DNA from: an uncultured Alistipes sp.
GTDB lineage: Bacteria; Bacteroidota; Bacteroidia; Bacteroidales; Rikenellaceae
Direction of reading: 5' to 3'
Length of the DNA stretch: 64,000 nucleotides
Assembly: GCA_910587675.1 (NCBI GenBank)
Contig: CAJUMU010000006.1
Location: 1,741 to 65,740 of the forward strand
Positions 46,729-55,919 of this stretch are shown piece after piece (position 1 is the first letter of the stretch; every line of letters begins with the position of its first letter). The position numbers and the translations under genes are program-made. Under the pieces are notes generated by a model. That model saw only the letters and a program-made list of their open reading frames with translations, was not told where the DNA came from and made no database searches.

Positions 46729-47646
46729 TTATTTCTGCTCGTTAACACTCTTGTTATCGGCCTGCGATGCGGGAGCCGCGGCAGGCTTGGCCTCGGGTTT
46801 CGCCGCGGGGGCCTTGGACTCCTTGGGCAGAGGCTCCATGCCCTTGAGCGCGATGGCGCCCGTGGGGCACTCGTTCACGCACTTGCGGCAAAGCTTGCAC
46901 TTCTGCGGATCGATGTAGGCCAGATTGTTCTCGAGGGTGATGGCTCCGAAAGGACACGCCTTGACGCACTTTCCGCAACCGATACATCCCGCCTTGCAAG
47001 CCTTCATCACCACCGCGCCCTTGTCCTTCGACACACAGCTCACGTACACCGCGCGGTTTTTGGGCCACTTTTTGCGCAACTCGATGATATTCTTGGGGCA
47101 CGCCTTCACGCATGCGCCGCACGCGGTGCACTTCTCGGGATCGACTTCGGCCAAACCCGTCTCGGGACTGACATGAATGGCGTCGAAAGCGCACGCCTCG
47201 ACGCAATCGCCGTAACCGAGGCATCCGAACGCGCACGCCGTCTCGCCCACATAGAGCGACGAGGCTACGGCGCAGCTCTTGGCGCCGTCGAATTCGTTCG
47301 TGCGCGGACGCTTGGCGCACGTGCCGCCGCAACGCACCGTCGCCACCGTGGGCTCCTTCTCGGGCGCGACCTTGCCCAGATAGGCCGCCGCCGTCTTCAT
47401 GGTCTCGGCTCCTCCCACGGGGCAGAACAACGCCGAAATGTCATCGCGCTTGACCATGGCTTCGGCCATCGCACGGCATCCCGCGAATCCGCAGCCGCCG
47501 CAGTTGGCGCCCGGGAGCATCTTCTCCACCTCGTCGATGCGGGGATCCTCCTCGACCTTGAACTTCCGTGCCACGAAGTACAGGATAACGGCCGAGAGGA
47601 TACCCAACACGCTAAGTGTCAGAATAGTAAATAATAATACCGTCAT
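46729..47646 (-). CDS. rnfB: Rnf electron transport complex subunit B
   Basis: 305 aa from ATG at 47646. N-terminal TM, CGGCGFAGC motif, several 4Fe-4S CxxCxxCxxxCP motifs. Ala/Pro/Lys-rich C-terminal tail. ATGA overlap with the rseC-like stop. The upstream 113 codons in the ORF track were rejected. Confidence 0.9.
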   Translation of the reverse strand: MTVLLFTILTLSVLGILSAVILYFVARKFKVEEDPRIDEVEKMLPGANCGGCGFAGCRAMAEAMVKRDDISALFCPVGGAETMKTAAAYLGKVAPEKEPTVATVRCGGTCAKRPRTNEFDGAKSCAVASSLYVGETACAFGCLGYGDCVEACAFDAIHVSPETGLAEVDPEKCTACGACVKACPKNIIELRKKWPKNRAVYVSCVSKDKGAVVMKACKAGCIGCGKCVKACPFGAITLENNLAYIDPQKCKLCRKCVNECPTGAIALKGMEPLPKESKAPAAKPEAKPAAAPASQADNKSVNEQK

Positions 47647-48071
47647 TTTGTTATTTTTGTTATTGTGAATTTTATGCTCTTTCCTATTCTGTCGCGCAAC
47701 GCATACAACAACACGTAATAGACCGCCGCGCCGCCCAACGCACCCGCAGCCGCGACTCCTTCGCCGACTCCCGCCGCCGTCAGTCCCGCGAGCGATGCCG
47801 CCAAAACAAAAAAAGGCGCCACATACGCCAAAGCCACCGATCGTGTCCCCATAGAGTTGCTGCGCAGAGCCACCTCCACCTCGTCGCCGACGTTGAATTC
47901 GTCGGCTCGGTCGGTCTCGACCTCGACGATCCTGTCGGCCGATTCGCCCGCACCGCAAACACTGCGGGCCTGACACGACCCGCACGCGCTGTTCACCGTC
48001 ATACGGACGACTACCCTCGCGCCCTGCACGCGCACCACCTCACCGCAATGTTTCACCTCCGCGCCGCTCAT
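47643..48071 (-). CDS. SoxR-reducing system RseC family protein
   Basis: 142 aa. ..GEVVRVQG..V.V....SACGSCQARSVCG.. N-terminal domain plus two C-terminal TM helices. First gene of the rnf operon. Confidence 0.8.
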   Translation of the reverse strand: MSGAEVKHCGEVVRVQGARVVVRMTVNSACGSCQARSVCGAGESADRIVEVETDRADEFNVGDEVEVALRSNSMGTRSVALAYVAPFFVLAASLAGLTAAGVGEGVAAAGALGGAAVYYVLLYALRDRIGKSIKFTITKITK

Positions 48072-48092
48072 CTTCGCAGACGTCTCCGTCGT

Positions 48093-49676
48093 CTAATAAC
48101 CGTATTTGTTAATCAAAGGCAACAGGCATTCGTGACGGAACGCGCAAGCCGAGAGCCGCAGCACGGGCGGATACTGGTAGCGTTTCTTCACGTTCTGCAT
48201 CACCATCGTATGTATCTTCTCCACCACCTTGGCGTCGAAACCCGCATTCACGATCTCCTCGCGGTGCTGGCCCTCCTCGATCATACGATACAGGATGGCG
48301 TCCACCACCTCGTACGGAGGTAGCGAGTCGCTGTCCTTCTGGTTGGGACGCAACTCCGACGAAGGCTCCTTTTTCAGGATCTCCTCGGGAATCACATTGC
48401 CGAAAGCGTGGTTTATATAACGGGCCAGATCGTATATCTCGCTCTTGTAAAGGTCGCCCGTCACGCTGAACGCCCCCGCCGTGTCGCCGTAAAGCGTGCA
48501 CCATCCTATGGCGTTCTCGCTCTTGTTCGAGGAGTTGAGCAACACATACCCCTCCTTATTCTGCAAAGCCATGAGCAGCACGGTACGTATTCGCGACTGG
48601 ATATTCTCCTCCGTAGCGTCGAACTCGGTGCCGCCTGTCACGGGCTTCAAAGTATCCATGATAGCCGTATACGCCTCGTTGATGGGCAATACGCTGTACT
48701 CTATTCCGAGGTTCTCGGCCAGACGCTTGGCATCCTCCACCGACTCGTCCGACGAGAACTGCGACGGCATCATCAACCCCTTGACATTCTCGGCGCCCAG
48801 CGCGCCCACGGCCAGACAAGCCACCACCGAGGAGTCGATACCTCCCGACAGACCCACGCCCGCCTTCTCGTAACCGTTCTTGCGGAAAAAATCGCGCAAG
48901 CCCAAGCAGGCAGCCTTGTAGACCATGCGCGTACGATCCTTGTACGACGTATAGGGCACCTCCACTTCTTCATGCGGCATCATGGTGTCGAACACGCGGA
49001 AATCCTCCTCGAAACTCTTCAACAGGAGCTCCACCTTGCCCGATTTGTTCATTATGCCCGACGTGCCGTCGTACACCAGATCGCCCGAGCCGCCCACTTG
49101 GTTGATGATTATGATGTTGCGACACTCCGTGTAGGTCAGTCGGCGCATGCTCTCGTAACGGTACGAAAGCAGCCCCTTGCCGTAACGGCGCGCATTGACG
49201 CTCACCACGAAATCGGCCTCCGAGTCGAGCTCGTGCAGGTGCGTGAGGTCGTCGCCTACCATGACGGCTATCTTGCGGCCGCACACTTCGACGACTTTGT
49301 ACCCCTCGCCCGAGACGATGAATCCCATCTCGCGTCGCGCCGTAACATGCTGTTTCTCTATAACATCGCATATACGGCCGTCGCTCAGCACCGCAGCCGC
49401 GCTCACCGCGCCGCGCTCGGTCAGCACGGGCGAACCCACGATGGCCGTGCACCGTCGGCACGACTTGGCGATGCGCTCCAACGCCTCCTCGCACATTGTC
49501 AAAAAAGTGGTTTTACGCAACAGATCGTACGCCGGCGTGCCGCTCACGGCATACTCGGCGAACAGCACCAAATCCGCACCTTCGCCCTCGGCCTTACGGA
49601 TGGCCTCGACGATACGGGACGCATTCCCTTCGATATCGCCGATCGTGTAATTCAATTGGGCAAGAGCTATCTTCAT
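48093..49676 (-). CDS. nadE: Glutamine-dependent NAD+ synthetase
   Basis: 527 aa. N-terminal CN-hydrolase domain (MKIALAQLN..) and C-terminal NAD synthetase with the SGGIDSS P-loop. Confidence 0.9.
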   Translation of the reverse strand: MKIALAQLNYTIGDIEGNASRIVEAIRKAEGEGADLVLFAEYAVSGTPAYDLLRKTTFLTMCEEALERIAKSCRRCTAIVGSPVLTERGAVSAAAVLSDGRICDVIEKQHVTARREMGFIVSGEGYKVVEVCGRKIAVMVGDDLTHLHELDSEADFVVSVNARRYGKGLLSYRYESMRRLTYTECRNIIIINQVGGSGDLVYDGTSGIMNKSGKVELLLKSFEEDFRVFDTMMPHEEVEVPYTSYKDRTRMVYKAACLGLRDFFRKNGYEKAGVGLSGGIDSSVVACLAVGALGAENVKGLMMPSQFSSDESVEDAKRLAENLGIEYSVLPINEAYTAIMDTLKPVTGGTEFDATEENIQSRIRTVLLMALQNKEGYVLLNSSNKSENAIGWCTLYGDTAGAFSVTGDLYKSEIYDLARYINHAFGNVIPEEILKKEPSSELRPNQKDSDSLPPYEVVDAILYRMIEEGQHREEIVNAGFDAKVVEKIHTMVMQNVKKRYQYPPVLRLSACAFRHECLLPLINKYGY

Positions 49677-49710
49677 TACGAGAAAATTTATTAAACCTCA
49701 GATATCCGGA

Positions 49711-49718
49711 CAAAGTTA
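49711..49718 (-). promoter_or_regulatory. Candidate -7 box (TAACTTTG on minus strand) for nadE
   Basis: Plus-strand CAAAGTTA lies 35 nt upstream of the ATG at 49676. Confidence 0.35.
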
Positions 49719-49828
49719 GTCATAATTTTTCAACAATGACAGACTTAGCGAGTTTTTTGCGCAAAATGAGACGAGCGGCCGCATCGCGCGCTCACGACGC
49801 CGACATTTTCGCCCGCTGCCGCCGAATA

Positions 49829-49863
49829 TAAAAAACATGCGGACCGCCTCGGCGATCCGCATG
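49829..49863 (-). terminator. Rho-independent terminator after the zinc-ribbon gene
   Basis: Stem CATGCGGA (49836-49843) / TCCGCATG (49856-49863), with a T-run on the minus strand. Confidence 0.6.
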
Positions 49864-49886
49864 TAATCTATACGGCTTCCGCTACA

Positions 49887-50645
49887 CTATTCGTTGCTCT
49901 CGTCATTGTCGGCCACCAGAATACGGCCGCAATACTCGCACACGATAAGTTTCTTGCCTTGACGGATATCCGACTGACGCTGAGGAGGAATACGGTTGAA
50001 GCAACCGCCGCACGCATCACGCTTCACCGTCACCACGGCCAGACCGTTGCGCACGCTGCGGCGTATACGGTCGTAAGCCGACAACAGACGCTCGTCGATC
50101 TTGGTCTTGGCTTTCTCGGCCTTGGCGGTGAGCGACGCCACCTGATCGGCCGTCTCGGCCTCGATGCTCTCCAACTCGGCTTTCTTGGCGTTCAGATCGC
50201 TCTCGCGCTCCGTCACCACGCCCTCGGCATCCTCCAACTGGGCCTTTTTGCTCTTCACGGCCGCCGAATACTCCTTGAGTCGCTTTTCGGCAAGCTCTAT
50301 TTCGAGCTCCTGATACTCGATCTCTTTCGAAATGGCATCGAACTCGCGATTATTGCGCACATTGTTCTGCTGCTCCTTGTAATGCGATATCTGAATTTTG
50401 GCCTGATCGACCTCGCGCTTGCGCTGCTTGGTCAGAGAGTTGAACTCGTCGATCTCGCCGTTGATGTTTTCGATGCGGGTCTTCAGGCCTTCGATCTCGT
50501 CCTCCAAGTCCTGCACTTCCAATGGCAGTTCACCCTTCACCTTGTTGATCTCATCAATCTGAGAATCAATCTTCTGCAACTCATAGAGAGCCATGATCTT
50601 CTCTTGCATCGAGTAATCGACTTCAGATGTTTTCTTTTGTGCCAT
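49887..50645 (-). CDS. Coiled-coil protein with C-terminal C4 zinc ribbon (COG1579-like, usual Nif3 partner)
   Basis: 252 aa from ATG at 50645. Long heptad-rich region, then ..CGGCFNRIPPQ..IVCEYCGRIL.. Confidence 0.8.
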   Translation of the reverse strand: MAQKKTSEVDYSMQEKIMALYELQKIDSQIDEINKVKGELPLEVQDLEDEIEGLKTRIENINGEIDEFNSLTKQRKREVDQAKIQISHYKEQQNNVRNNREFDAISKEIEYQELEIELAEKRLKEYSAAVKSKKAQLEDAEGVVTERESDLNAKKAELESIEAETADQVASLTAKAEKAKTKIDERLLSAYDRIRRSVRNGLAVVTVKRDACGGCFNRIPPQRQSDIRQGKKLIVCEYCGRILVADNDESNE

Positions 50646-50683
50646 ATATTTTAAGTTTGTTGAATCAAGCCTGTCGCAGCCCC

Positions 50684-51463
50684 TCACAGCATGTAATTCA
50701 CCGGGTTGCGCGAGCACACACTCTTGCGAACGGCAAAGATAGGTAAATTTTTCGATAAAATGTCAAATAAAATTTCAATCGCGCAATATTCGCTCTCGAA
50801 ATGCCCCATATCCGCCAAAATCATCCTATCGTCGTGGCGCATGAAGTCGTTATACTTCAGATCGGCAGTCAGGTATATGTCGGCTCCCGCGGCATGAGCC
50901 TCGTCGATGAGCGAGCCGCCCGATCCCGTACACACGGCCACGCGGCGCACCTCGTCGCGCACCACGTCGCTATGGCGCAACGCCTTGACGCCGAAACGAT
51001 TCATCACCTCGCGCATGAAACGCTCGCTCGCCACCGCCTCGGGCAACTCTCCCACGGCGCCGAAGCCCGCCCCCTCGGCGGTTGGTTGCAGCACCCCGAT
51101 ATTCCGCAACCCCAGAATTTGCGCCACGCGCCGACTCATGCCCTCGGGTGCGCTGTCGAGATTGGTATGCGCGGCATAGAGCGCGATGCCGCGGCGGATC
51201 GCCTCCTCCACGCACCTCTCGACAGTATTGGCCGAATTGAGGCGTTTCAAGGGGCGGAACACTATCGGATGGTGGGTTATGACCATGTCGCAATCCTCAC
51301 GCACCGCCTCGGCGAGCACCTCCTCGGTGACATCCACCGCCAGCAAAGCGCAATGCGCCTCGTCGTCGGGACGCCCGACTATCAAACCCGCGTTATCGTA
51401 CGACTCCTGCAACCCGAGCGGCGCGAAAGCCTCGATCGCCGCCGCGATATCTTTTACCTTCAT
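50684..51463 (-). CDS. Nif3-like dinuclear metal centre protein
   Basis: 259 aa. ..SYDNAGL.VG.., ..ITHHP.., ..YAAHTNLD.. and C-terminal ..H..SE.. motifs. Confidence 0.9.
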   Translation of the reverse strand: MKVKDIAAAIEAFAPLGLQESYDNAGLIVGRPDDEAHCALLAVDVTEEVLAEAVREDCDMVITHHPIVFRPLKRLNSANTVERCVEEAIRRGIALYAAHTNLDSAPEGMSRRVAQILGLRNIGVLQPTAEGAGFGAVGELPEAVASERFMREVMNRFGVKALRHSDVVRDEVRRVAVCTGSGGSLIDEAHAAGADIYLTADLKYNDFMRHDDRMILADMGHFESEYCAIEILFDILSKNLPIFAVRKSVCSRNPVNYML

Positions 51464-51558
51464 GGTTAAACAATATCAATTATAATGTTCAATAAAATGA
51501 AACTCGGCTTTAACTTTATTGAACTCGGAATGAATAAAATTAAACCGATCCTAAATTT

Positions 51559-51653
51559 CGACATGGCTGTGCCATGTCGGCAGTTCGCCGCCACCTCGCG
51601 CGGCGGACTGCAACTCGCTTTACGCTCGTCCGCGTCCTCCGCTGTCGGCGAAC
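51559..51653 (-). repeat. GC-rich intergenic element family A, copy 4 (inverted orientation)
   Basis: The plus strand reads hairpin CGACATGGC-TGT-GCCATGTCG, then GCAGTTCGCCGCCACCTCGCGCGGCGGACTGC...CCGCTGTCGGCGAAC. Its 5' end (own orientation) lies 19 nt after the merR-family stop. Confidence 0.85.
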
Positions 51654-51672
51654 GCCGAAAACAGTCATGCCG

Positions 51673-52215
51673 TCAGAACAACGACTGCTCGTAAAACGGA
51701 AACAGTTCCTTGTTCTCGCCCTCGCTCTTTCGGCGTCGGCGCGCGCGTTTCATCGGCTGCTCGACGCCGCCCGACGACTCGGCGACGTTCTCCTCGGCCG
51801 CAGCTGAATCCGCTATCGTTTCGACCGTGACTTCGGACGGCTCCTCGACGTCGCCCGAAACGGCCGACTCCACTATCTGCACGCCCTCGCCCGCCTTCAG
51901 CTCCTCGCGCACCTCGACCAAAGTCGAGCGTATGCGCTGCAAACGCTCCAGAAGCTCGGTTTCGCGCGACAACTCCTTGCGCGAACTCTTCATCACCTTG
52001 TTCGCGCCGTCGAGCGTCATCCCGCGCTCCTTCACCAAATGGTAGATTTGCTTGAGCTTCTCCACATCCTCGGGCGAGAACATGCGGTTGCCCTTTTTGT
52101 TCTTATGCGGGCGTATGCAATCGAACTTCGATTCCCAATGGCGGATCAACGAAGCGTTCACGTCGAACATCTCCGCCACCTCGCCCATCGAATAAAAGAG
52201 TTTTTTCGCAGCCAT
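51673..52215 (-). CDS. MerR family transcriptional regulator
   Basis: 180 aa. N-terminal MerR HTH (..YSMGEVAEMFDVNASLIRHWE..) and acidic/Lys-rich tail. Confidence 0.85.
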   Translation of the reverse strand: MAAKKLFYSMGEVAEMFDVNASLIRHWESKFDCIRPHKNKKGNRMFSPEDVEKLKQIYHLVKERGMTLDGANKVMKSSRKELSRETELLERLQRIRSTLVEVREELKAGEGVQIVESAVSGDVEEPSEVTVETIADSAAAEENVAESSGGVEQPMKRARRRRKSEGENKELFPFYEQSLF

Positions 52216-52223
52216 AATATATG

Positions 52224-53597
52224 TTATTTCAATATTCTCAACGAATTGGGATACATGTTATTCACTCTGCCGCCTATGCGTTTGGCGAATCCCAAGGGCC
52301 GACCGCCGAACGTCACGATATTCACCCCCTCGGCCAGCCCCGAGGCGTCGATATCCTGCTTGCGCAGAAAGCGCAGAGCCGTCGGATAGTCCGCATCGCG
52401 ACATTCGGCGGCGGAGAGATCGAGATCGGCGAACAGAGCCAACGCCCCGTCGGGCTTCAACAGCCCCTTGAACACGCGCCCCATCGCGACACCCGAATAT
52501 ATGACCGAGAGCGTCCCCGCGAGGGCCGCCACATCGTCGTAACGCTCGGCATAGCAACCGTAAAGATTCTCCCCCGCCTCGTAAAAACGCATCCGCTCGC
52601 CATCGCGCACCCAACGGCTCAACTCGCGCACGTCGGCCTTTGCGACAGGTGTCATCGCCTGCCGTCGCGCCTTCGGTTCACGCCGACGCGACGGCTCGCC
52701 GCTCTTGCGCGCCACGGCCAGAAACATCCCCTCGCCCGATACCCTGTGCGGAAAAAAACGGAACGTGCTGAACGCCCCCTCCTCGCCCGTCGCCACGCCC
52801 CACGACGGATCGACGGCAACGGGCGGCGCGGCGCACAGCTCGTCGCCGAACTCGGCGCAGGCGCGGCGAAGCACCTCCTCGTCCTCGGTGCGGTTGAAAG
52901 TGCAGGTGCTGTATATCAATATGCCTCCCGCGCGCAGGGCGCGGAAAGCGTTTCGCAGAATCTCCGTCTGCCGCTCGGCGCACATGGCCACACCGGCTTC
53001 GCTCCACTGCGCGCACGCCTCCTCCGACTTGCGGAACATGCCCTCGCCCGAGCAGGGAGCGTCGACCGCCACGGCGTCGAACCACTCCTCGAACGCCGCC
53101 ACGCGGGCCGAATCGTTGCACGCGACGACCATGTTGCCCGCGCCCCACTTGCGCGCATTGTCGGCCAACACGGCTGCGCGACCGCGGTTTATCTCGTTGG
53201 CCACCACCAACCCCTCGCGCCCGACCAAAGAGGCGTAATGGGTGCTTTTTCCGCCCGGGGCCGCGCACATGTCGAGCACGCGCATGCCTCGGCACGCCTC
53301 CGCGCCGCCCGCGGCCTCGGCGAGGATATAGCCCGCGAATTGCGAGGCCGCCTCCTGAACGTAATAGGCTCCCGCATGGAAATCGGGGTCGAGCGTGAAA
53401 CTCGGACGCTCGGCGAGCACGTATCCGTCGCGGCTCCACGGCACGCCGCGGCCGCCCCACTTCTCCGCCATCGCCTTGCGCGGATTAAGACGCACGGCGA
53501 CCGACGGTTCGTCGTTCAGCGCGACGAAGAGGCGTTCGGCCTCCTCCGCGCCCAACTCGCGCCGCATGCGCTCTGCGAACGGTTCGGGCAACCTCAT
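52224..53597 (-). CDS. rRNA cytosine-C5 methyltransferase (NOL1/NOP2/Sun family, RsmF-like)
   Basis: 457 aa. ..DMCAAPGGKS.., ..DAPCSGEGMFRK.., ..YSTCT.. motifs plus an RsmF-type C-terminal domain. Confidence 0.85.
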   Translation of the reverse strand: MRLPEPFAERMRRELGAEEAERLFVALNDEPSVAVRLNPRKAMAEKWGGRGVPWSRDGYVLAERPSFTLDPDFHAGAYYVQEAASQFAGYILAEAAGGAEACRGMRVLDMCAAPGGKSTHYASLVGREGLVVANEINRGRAAVLADNARKWGAGNMVVACNDSARVAAFEEWFDAVAVDAPCSGEGMFRKSEEACAQWSEAGVAMCAERQTEILRNAFRALRAGGILIYSTCTFNRTEDEEVLRRACAEFGDELCAAPPVAVDPSWGVATGEEGAFSTFRFFPHRVSGEGMFLAVARKSGEPSRRREPKARRQAMTPVAKADVRELSRWVRDGERMRFYEAGENLYGCYAERYDDVAALAGTLSVIYSGVAMGRVFKGLLKPDGALALFADLDLSAAECRDADYPTALRFLRKQDIDASGLAEGVNIVTFGGRPLGFAKRIGGRVNNMYPNSLRILK

Positions 53598-54211
53598 AAG
53601 ATCCTCCCTCCCGAAATTCGGTCCAACCTCGCGCAGATGCGCTCCAACACCGCGGGATTCTCCACGAAATCCTCCGAATCCTTATCCACGATAAGCACCT
53701 CGCCGCGGTATATGTCGTTGATCCAATGTTCGTACTTCTCGTTCAGGCGCGTGAGGTAGCTCTCGTCGATATTCATCTCGTAATCGCGGCCGCGCCGCTT
53801 GATCTGCGACACCAGAGTCGGGATGCTCGCCCGCAGATATATCAACACGTCGGGACGAGGTATGAGATTGGTCGTCAGGTCGAAGATCTTCATGTAGGTG
53901 GCGAAGTCGCGCGAGGTCATAAGCCCCATCTCGTGCAGATTGGCGGCGAAGATGTGGGCATCCTCGTAAATGGTGCGATCCTGAAAGATATCGGCGTCGC
54001 CCGCCGACAGCATATTCAGCGTCTGCTGAATACGGCTGCCGAGAAACGATATCTGAAGCTGGAACGCCCAACGGCTCATGTCGTTATAGAAATCGCCGAT
54101 ATAAGGGTTATCGGACTCCTCGAAATAGGCTTTGGCCCCGTAATGTCGGGTCAGAATATCGGTAAGGGTCGTCTTGCCGCTCCCGATATTGCCTGCAATA
54201 GCTACATACAT
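53594..54211 (-). CDS. Deoxynucleoside kinase
   Basis: 205 aa. P-loop IAGNIGSGKTTL, ..FQDRTIYED.. and ..LRASI.. blocks. ATGA overlap with the downstream gene start. Confidence 0.9.
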   Translation of the reverse strand: MYVAIAGNIGSGKTTLTDILTRHYGAKAYFEESDNPYIGDFYNDMSRWAFQLQISFLGSRIQQTLNMLSAGDADIFQDRTIYEDAHIFAANLHEMGLMTSRDFATYMKIFDLTTNLIPRPDVLIYLRASIPTLVSQIKRRGRDYEMNIDESYLTRLNEKYEHWINDIYRGEVLIVDKDSEDFVENPAVLERICARLDRISGGRIL

Positions 54212-54294
54212 GGTTCACTATCATTAGTCGGAGCAATCGCATAGCTTTTCGAGGCATACGATCGCTTTCATTTATAATTATCCTGTCACAATAT

Positions 54295-54373
54295 CGACAT
54301 CGCTCGGCGATGTCGGCAGTTCGCCGCCACCCCGCGCGGCGGACTGCTGCGCACTCCCCCGCTGTCGGCGAAC
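54295..54373 (-). repeat. GC-rich intergenic element family A, copy 5 (inverted orientation, shorter)
   Basis: The plus strand reads hairpin CGACATCGC-TCG-GCGATGTCG, then GCAGTTCGCCGCCACCCCGCGCGGCGGACTGC..CCGCTGTCGGCGAAC. Lies 4 nt after the GH3-family gene stop. Confidence 0.85.
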
Positions 54374-54377
54374 AGCG

Positions 54378-55865
54378 TCACACCGTCTCTTTCATCTCGG
54401 CCCGCGCGGCATACTTCGCCACGGCGTCCGCCACGCTGCGGTCGTTCATGAGCCGCGGCACCTTGTTGCGCCGCTCGGCGGTCTGCCATCGCAGGAACGT
54501 GCCGCGCGGCACGATTATCACCTCGGGAGGTCTCATGACGCTGCGACGCTTGGCGTCGTAATCCGAATTGAGCTCGCGCAACGCCCGATCCAGCTCCTCG
54601 GCGAACCGCCGCCCGTCGTCGGGTTCCCGCACGAACTCCGCCACCCACTCGTGGCAGCCGTCGCCCGCCGCCGACATATACTTCGGCGCGACGGTATATT
54701 CGCTCACCGCGGCGCCCGTGACCCGACACGCCCGCGACAACGCCTCCTCGGCATTTCCGATCATAAGCTCCTCGCCGAACGCGTTCACATACTGTTTCGT
54801 GCGTCCCGCGACCCGCAGCCGATAGGGATCCGTCGAGGTGAAAACCACCTTGTCGCCCAAGCGGTAACGCCACAATCCGTTCGCGGAGGTCATCAAAACC
54901 GCATATTCGCAACCCGTGCGAACCCCCTCCAACGGAACCGCGCGACCGTCGCTCTCGAATTCGTAATAGCATCCGTAATCGGGCATCAGCAACATATCCT
55001 CGCATCCCGCCCGTTCGGCCACGGCCACGAACCCTTCGGAGGCGTTGTAGCACTCCCAATAGTTAATATCACCGCCCATAACCTCCGCGAAAGCCTCGCG
55101 ATAGGGTTTGAAGCTCACCCCGCCGTGCATGAACAGCTCCAGATCGGGCCACACCTCCAACGCCGCGCGTCGTCCCGCGAACTCCGTCAGGCGGCGCAAC
55201 AGAGCCAGATTCCACGACGGAACCCCCGCCAACGCCGTGATACGGCTCGCGGCGCACTCGCGGCATATCGCCTCGCACTTGGCGTCGAAATCCTCCATCA
55301 ACGCCACGTCGAGGCTCGGAGCGCGCACGATGCCGGCCAACCGTCCCGCGGCATGCAATGTCAAAGCCGACAGATCGCCGACCAAAGTTCCGTGCTCGTC
55401 GCGGCCGCACGACCCGCCGAGCGTAAGGGTACGCCCCTCGAAGAGCCTCGACGCGGGGTTGGCCGCCAGATAGAGCGACACCGTATCGGCCATGCCCCGC
55501 AGATGGTTGCGCCGCAACGCCTCGCGCGTCACGGGTATGTATTTGCTGCGCGACGAGGTTGTGCCCGACGATCGGGCGAACATCTTCACCCGCCCTTTGC
55601 AGGCCACGTCGCTCTCGCCCCGACGCATGCGTTCTATATAGGGCGAGAAAGACTCGTAATCGAAACTCTCCACGGCGCGGGCGAAGCCCTCGGCGTCGCG
55701 TACGTCATCCAAACCGCGCTCGCGACCGAAATCGGTCCGCCGCCCCGCCTTCAACAATTCATCGAGGGTGCTACGCTGGATACCGACGGCATCCTTCGCG
55801 GCGCGTTCTATCCGTCCGCATCGCGCGAGAAACGCCTCGCGCAAAAGTTCAGCAAAAACCGACAT
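54378..55865 (-). CDS. GH3 auxin-responsive promoter family protein (acyl-adenylate-forming superfamily)
   Basis: 495 aa. ..SSGTTS.RSKYIP.. adenylation-like motif and overall GH3-family pattern common in Bacteroidetes. Confidence 0.8.
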   Translation of the reverse strand: MSVFAELLREAFLARCGRIERAAKDAVGIQRSTLDELLKAGRRTDFGRERGLDDVRDAEGFARAVESFDYESFSPYIERMRRGESDVACKGRVKMFARSSGTTSSRSKYIPVTREALRRNHLRGMADTVSLYLAANPASRLFEGRTLTLGGSCGRDEHGTLVGDLSALTLHAAGRLAGIVRAPSLDVALMEDFDAKCEAICRECAASRITALAGVPSWNLALLRRLTEFAGRRAALEVWPDLELFMHGGVSFKPYREAFAEVMGGDINYWECYNASEGFVAVAERAGCEDMLLMPDYGCYYEFESDGRAVPLEGVRTGCEYAVLMTSANGLWRYRLGDKVVFTSTDPYRLRVAGRTKQYVNAFGEELMIGNAEEALSRACRVTGAAVSEYTVAPKYMSAAGDGCHEWVAEFVREPDDGRRFAEELDRALRELNSDYDAKRRSVMRPPEVIIVPRGTFLRWQTAERRNKVPRLMNDRSVADAVAKYAARAEMKETV

Positions 55866-55919
55866 ACAAAAAAACTTTTAAATCAGTCGGTTTCTTCACG
55901 TTCAGGTTCGGGCGGCGCG

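Noticed and set aside
383-54373. Whether the recurring GC-rich repeats could be a degenerate CRISPR array
   Set aside because: The copies are dispersed tens of kb apart in both orientations. They are 79-95 nt long, have no regular spacer structure, and no cas genes are present. This is not CRISPR.
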